Of a DNA stretch of 36,232 nucleotides, positions 31,620 through 36,232 are shown piece after piece. This DNA comes from Octopus bimaculoides (taxonomy: Eukaryota), in NCBI RefSeq assembly GCF_001194135.2, contig NC_069005.1:26627156-26663387 (forward strand), written 5' to 3'. The translations under genes and the position numbers were made by a program. The notes under the pieces were generated by a model. The model was not told where the DNA came from and searched no databases. It worked only from the letters and a program-made list of their open reading frames with translations. Every line of letters begins with the position of its first letter. The first letter of the stretch is position 1.

Positions 31620-32155
31620 TCCAGGATATTGAGAAATGAGGAACCACTTCTTAGCCACTATTGTTCCCAGGTCCACTCTGACCCAGAGTAATAGTATCTG
31701 TCAGAATCCCCACTATGGGTTAATTGGCAAGTTATAGAAGAAGCACCAAGTACAAATCCCAGAGATTTTGTGAGCGCCTTGGGAAAGGAAAAAGCTAGGG
31801 AAGTCAACCTCGACAGCAAACCAAGGAGTGGAATCCCTCAGGCATTCCAGTGCCCCTTTTGACACCCTTCCAGCAAACTTCAGAGTAGGTAAAACTCTCC
31901 AGGCCTGTAACGCAATTCACCCGAGAAGACCACTCCAATGTAAAACCTACAGTTTGCCGGTCACTGCAGCTGTCTTCATTCCTTGACCTCCAAGTCTTAA
32001 AGCATGGATTCAGGTTTTGCGAACTGATCCCCACTTTAAAACTACTAACCACAGGCAGCAAGAAAAGCCCTGCAGTGTCAAAGATTGATGTACTCAGCCA
32101 GTTGAGGTTGCACCACTCTTCCTCATGGGCTCCAAACATGAAGAATTGCCATCAT
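31620..32155 (+). mobile_element. Interspersed repeat family G copy 2
   Basis: Homologous to the reverse complement of 411-940; contains TTGTTCCCAGGTCCACTCTGACCC and ends GAAGAATTGCCATC. Confidence 0.75.
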
Positions 32156-32465
32156 ACAATTATATGATATTCAGTTTTAAAATATTAAAATTGCGAATGT
32201 TTTATGTGGTTATTACCACATAAATAATGTGGTTATTACCACTGTTATTGCTGGTATGGTTATTACAGCTGTAATTAACAACAATATCGTTCCTGCTGTA
32301 GTCGTTAAGTTATTATTCTTGATGTAGTAATTACCAGTATTGTTCCTTGTATGGTTACATTACTGTAATTATTCCCAATGTAGTTATTATTATATTCCAC
32401 TTCTCCTTCTCATTCTTATTGTCATCTTTGTTGTTGTTGTTATTCCAGGTGTAGTTATATAATGT

Positions 32466-32562
32466 GGAGGCGCAATGGCCCAGTGGTTAGGGCAGCGGAC
32501 TCGCGNNNNNNNNNNCGGATCAACTGGAACCCTCGACGTCATAAGCGACAGAATGCCAACAA
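32466..32562 (+). mobile_element. Young-looking family D SINE with its middle collapsed into a 10-N gap
   Basis: Head GGAGGCGCAATGGCCCAGTGGTTAGGGCAGCGGACTCGCG (CpG-rich), gap, then CGGATCAACTGGAACCCTCG...GAATGCCA matching 1733-1774. Confidence 0.7.
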
Positions 32563-32858
32563 CAATTCTTGACAAATTTATAACTGCCTGTTGCCCTGTT
32601 TTCCACCAGCCTACCACTGCTCCTGGTTAATTTGTTAGCACTATTAATGGCTATTAGTAAACAGATATTATCAAAGCTAAAATATCAGTTAGGACACAAA
32701 AATGGTTAACAAAATACATAGAATTTTTCAACATATTTTTCTTCAAGTAAGTTCTTTTTTTTTTTGCTTTGTTTATATTTCCTTCTTTTAATAAAATTTT
32801 AACATATTTTTGATTCTGAAGAATACCATTTTAGTTACAGGGAATAGTAGTAGTAGCA

Positions 32859-32859
<1 letters not shown>

Positions 32860-32903
<44 letters not shown>

Positions 32904-33103
32904 TTTCTTACACAGGCACATGGTCTGAAAGGAAATGATTATACTGACCCTTGTACTCAAATGGTACTTTATTTTAGCAGGAAATTGAAAGGGGAAAGTT
33001 TACCTCAGCTAGATTTGAATTCAGCGCATAAAGAGCTGGGACACCACAAAGTATCTTATCTTTCACTCTTCCGCCTCATAATAATAATAATAATAATAAT
33101 AAT
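32860..33103 (-). mobile_element. Decayed family A-like SINE embedded in (AAT)n
   Basis: AGGCACA...ATACTGACCC..GTACTCAAATGGTACTTT...TTGAAAGG...TACCTCAGC.AGATTTGAATTCAG, with (AAT)n on both sides. Confidence 0.6.
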
Positions 33104-34107
33104 NNNNNNNNNNNNNNNNNNNNNNNNNNNNNNNNNNNNNNNNNNNNNNNNNNNNNNNNNNNNNNNNNNNNNNNNNNNNNNNNNNNNNNNNNNNNNNNNN
33201 NNNNNNNNNNNNNNNNNNNNNNNNNNNNNNNNNNNNNNNNNNNNNNNNNNNNNNNNNNNNNNNNNNNNNNNNNNNNNNNNNNNNNNNNNNNNNNNNNNNN
33301 NNNNNNNNNNNNNNNNNNNNNNNNNNNNNNNNNNNNNNNNNNNNNNNNNNNNNNNNNNNNNNNNNNNNNNNNNNNNNNNNNNNNNNNNNNNNNNNNNNNN
33401 NNNNNNNNNNNNNNNNNNNNNNNNNNNNNNNNNNNNNNNNNNNNNNNNNNNNNNNNNNNNNNNNNNNNNNNNNNNNNNNNNNNNNNNNNNNNNNNNNNNN
33501 NNNNNNNNNNNNNNNNNNNNNNNNNNNNNNNNNNNNNNNNNNNNNNNNNNNNNNNNNNNNNNNNNNNNNNNNNNNNNNNNNNNNNNNNNNNNNNNNNNNN
33601 NNNNNNNNNNNNNNNNNNNNNNNNNNNNNNNNNNNNNNNNNNNNNNNNNNNNNNNNNNNNNNNNNNNNNNNNNNNNNNNNNNNNNNNNNNNNNNNNNNNN
33701 NNNNNNNNNNNNNNNNNNNNNNNNNNNNNNNNNNNNNNNNNNNNNNNNNNNNNNNNNNNNNNNNNTTTGTAATGTTCATATCTTTGAGAAGTGTATTATA
33801 GCATCAGAATTGAAACAATTTTCACATGGAATTGGAAAAGAATAACATTGTATAACATTCAGTTTTCAGTAAGCTGCTTAAAAAAAAAAATGGTTTTCAT
33901 TCTGTATAGGATGTGAAACTGAACCTCTTGATTAGTAGCTGATGTTAGAAATGGTGTGTCTATCAGACAAAAAAAAAAAAAAAATTCTCACTCCAACAAT
34001 TTCTTTAAGGCTTTTGTTTTTTTTTTTCTCTCTTTTCAATCTAAGAAAAGAATATTCAACATACTTTGTGTGAAACATATTTAATGAGATACATACAACA
34101 CATTAGT

Positions 34108-34146
<39 letters not shown>

Positions 34147-34479
34147 GTTTAATGCACATTCACACACTATAACACACACTGGTACACAAGTGCTATACAC
34201 ATACAATATAGGTGTCCACACACACATGCTATAAGTATGCACACACGCATGCAATAAGTATGCACACACACACATATACAAACTAACCAGAGCACTAACA
34301 CACACAAACACAAATGGAGTCACAAATGAATGCTCATGTGTGAGAGTTTTAACAAAACCACTTTCAAAATAACAAAGATACTGAATACTTCAAATAGTAG
34401 TAAAGAACCAAAGTCAGTAGAACTGAAAGGATTAAGTATGGCACTAACCCAAAAGAGTTATGTCTTACAAAGACTACAT

Positions 34480-34830
34480 TAGCCAATGTGTCTGTCATTC
34501 TTTTAAAGACAGTAGAGATTTAAAGACAGGGAGATTTGTCTGCTATTTCAAGTAGGTTGAATGACCACAATGAGAACCCCTTGTTGGCTCATCGATGAGT
34601 CTGGTGGTATTTCTATTGGCTTTGTTGTTTGCTGTTCAGTCCCAGGTCAACCCCGACTAATCAGACACATGATCAAAGGCACTCCTGCCATGACCATTCC
34701 GTCATTTTATATATCGAGGATTACATCATCCACTGTGCCCTTGTCATTAAGTAGACAGTAGGTGTGATTTTGAGAGATATTTAGCTGTTACTTCAAGCAT
34801 GTTGAATGACACTACAGATGCTCCCTTTCT
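34480..34830 (-). mobile_element. Tandem family H fragments
   Basis: Repeated GAGATTT.(G/A)CTG.TATTTCAAG..G.TTGAATGAC.AC and CCCAGGTCAACCC...ATGATCAAAGGCACTCC.GCCATGACC. Confidence 0.7.
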
Positions 34831-34885
34831 GACTTGATGTATTGATGGCAGAGTCAACTATAACCAAAAGTAATGTCATCCAGAC

Positions 34886-35230
34886 CCATCATCATCATTT
34901 AACGTCTGATTTCCATGCTGGCAAGGGTTGGACAGTTTGACAGAAGCTGACCAGCTGAAGGGCTGTTCAGGCTCCATGTCTGTCTTGGCATGGTTTCTAT
35001 GGCTGAATGCCCCTCCTAATGCCAACCGCTTTACAGAGTGTACTGGGTACTTTTACACAGTACCGGTATGGGTGCTTTTTACATGGCACCAGCACCTACG
35101 AGCCTGCAAGATTAGGGATGCTCAGCTAGAGAAGACAGCAAGGGACAAGCCTGCATGCAAGGGCAACCATACTTTTACTTAGCTTGGTAGTCTTTTCGAG
35201 CAGGCCAAACCACCAGGAGTCTTGGTCCCC
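34886..35230 (-). mobile_element. SINE family B
   Basis: CATCATCATCATTTAACGTC..TTTCCATGCTGGCAAGGGTTGGAC...GAATGCCCCTCCTAATGCCAACC...GGGTGCTTTTTACATGGCACC. Confidence 0.75.
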
Positions 35231-35924
35231 TAACCTCCCCTCTGTTTGTAGACCCAGTAAAACTTTTATCAGATACTGACAAAACTATGATACTGAAACC
35301 CAGAAAAGTTTGTGAATGTGCCTGCAATAGCTCAGTCTATGTGGTTAAGTTCATTAGCAACTATGGCACAGTCTTTAAAGCAGAAGGATTTTAGCCCTTT
35401 TGAATGCTCATATTAAAAATGTTTTCTAATGTGTAAAAATAGAAAAAGCACAGCCTACCTATAGCATATCTATCCTAAAAATCTTTCCTGTGGTAAATTA
35501 TCAATCCCTGAAATGTAACTTCAGAGTCCTCACACTAACAAAACTTTGTAAACGTTCTAAGATATTCAATAAGGTTTTCTAAAAAATACTCCAGAATAGT
35601 TGTACTAAGGTTTGTCTGCACAGGGAAACCCAGTGGGGAGAGTGTACGATGATTAAAAATAGTAGAACTCTTCACATTCTTGAGAGCACGGAATCCTGTA
35701 AATAGTCAAGGGCTTACTCCTTAACATGGCTGAGGCCTCAGATCTAAAGGGAAGAACAAAAGGGTTATCGTTATGATGTTTATACCTTCTCTCAAGAGAA
35801 AGAGAGAGAGAGAGAGAGAGAGCAGATAGTAGTGGGTCACAGATGAAATTTTCCAAGAACTTGCTGTCCCAATACGATAATGAAGAATGAATACAATACC
35901 TATATATAGATACTTGTGTGTGTG

Positions 35925-35960
<36 letters not shown>

Positions 35961-36232
35961 CACACATACATACACTGGTCAATGAGAGAAAAAATTAATA
36001 AATCAATTAACTGAGAAATTCATTAATCATCTACCTTGATTGAATTAATTGAAATGAGAAATGATAAAATGGTGAAAGCATGTCAAATTCCAATAGAAGA
36101 CAGCCTTTTTTTTCTTCTTTTTTTAAGTGTTTCTCCAAAGAACGACTACAAACTATGTTTACGACTAAGAGCAACAGAAATAATAAGGACTATCAGAAGA
36201 CATGTGAGACAGGTGTGAATTAGTAAGTTAAT

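Noticed and set aside
32466-32505. tRNA gene (D-arm-like AGTGGTTAGGGC), also the heads at 1461, 9875 and 21190
   Set aside because: They continue into SINE bodies and no complete cloverleaf is visible; these are SINE heads.

Overview
AT-rich, microsatellite-laden animal genomic DNA with nine N-gaps. The repeat families look like octopus (coleoid cephalopod) repeats to me, but this is recognition from memory, not a search result. There is one well-supported protein-coding gene: an uninterrupted 611-aa ORF (21881-23716, +). It encodes a secreted-type leucine-rich-repeat protein with a signal peptide, CX3CXCX6C N-cap, about 17 LRRs (including two short-typical-typical super-repeats), an atypical C-cap and a very basic C-terminal tail; it has no TM or TIR domain. 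It has a clear splice acceptor 41 nt upstream of the ATG, poly(A) signals at the stop codon, and a weakly supported promoter/first exon at about 17.8 kb. The rest is mostly decayed mobile DNA: several tRNA-headed SINE families, three RTE-type LINE 3' fragments, one R4/Dong-type LINE endonuclease fragment, hAT, pogo and piggyBac-like MITEs, minisatellites and microsatellites. All other ORFs in the track look spurious. I cannot demonstrate a new biological system here. The best leads are the LRR protein's tail and cysteine pattern, a 100%-identical 120-bp local copy event, a possible bipartite RTE-derived SINE, and two orphan exon-like segments near 29.6 and 30.7 kb. Family letters A-H are my own labels, and repeat boundaries are approximate unless TIRs or TSDs fix them.
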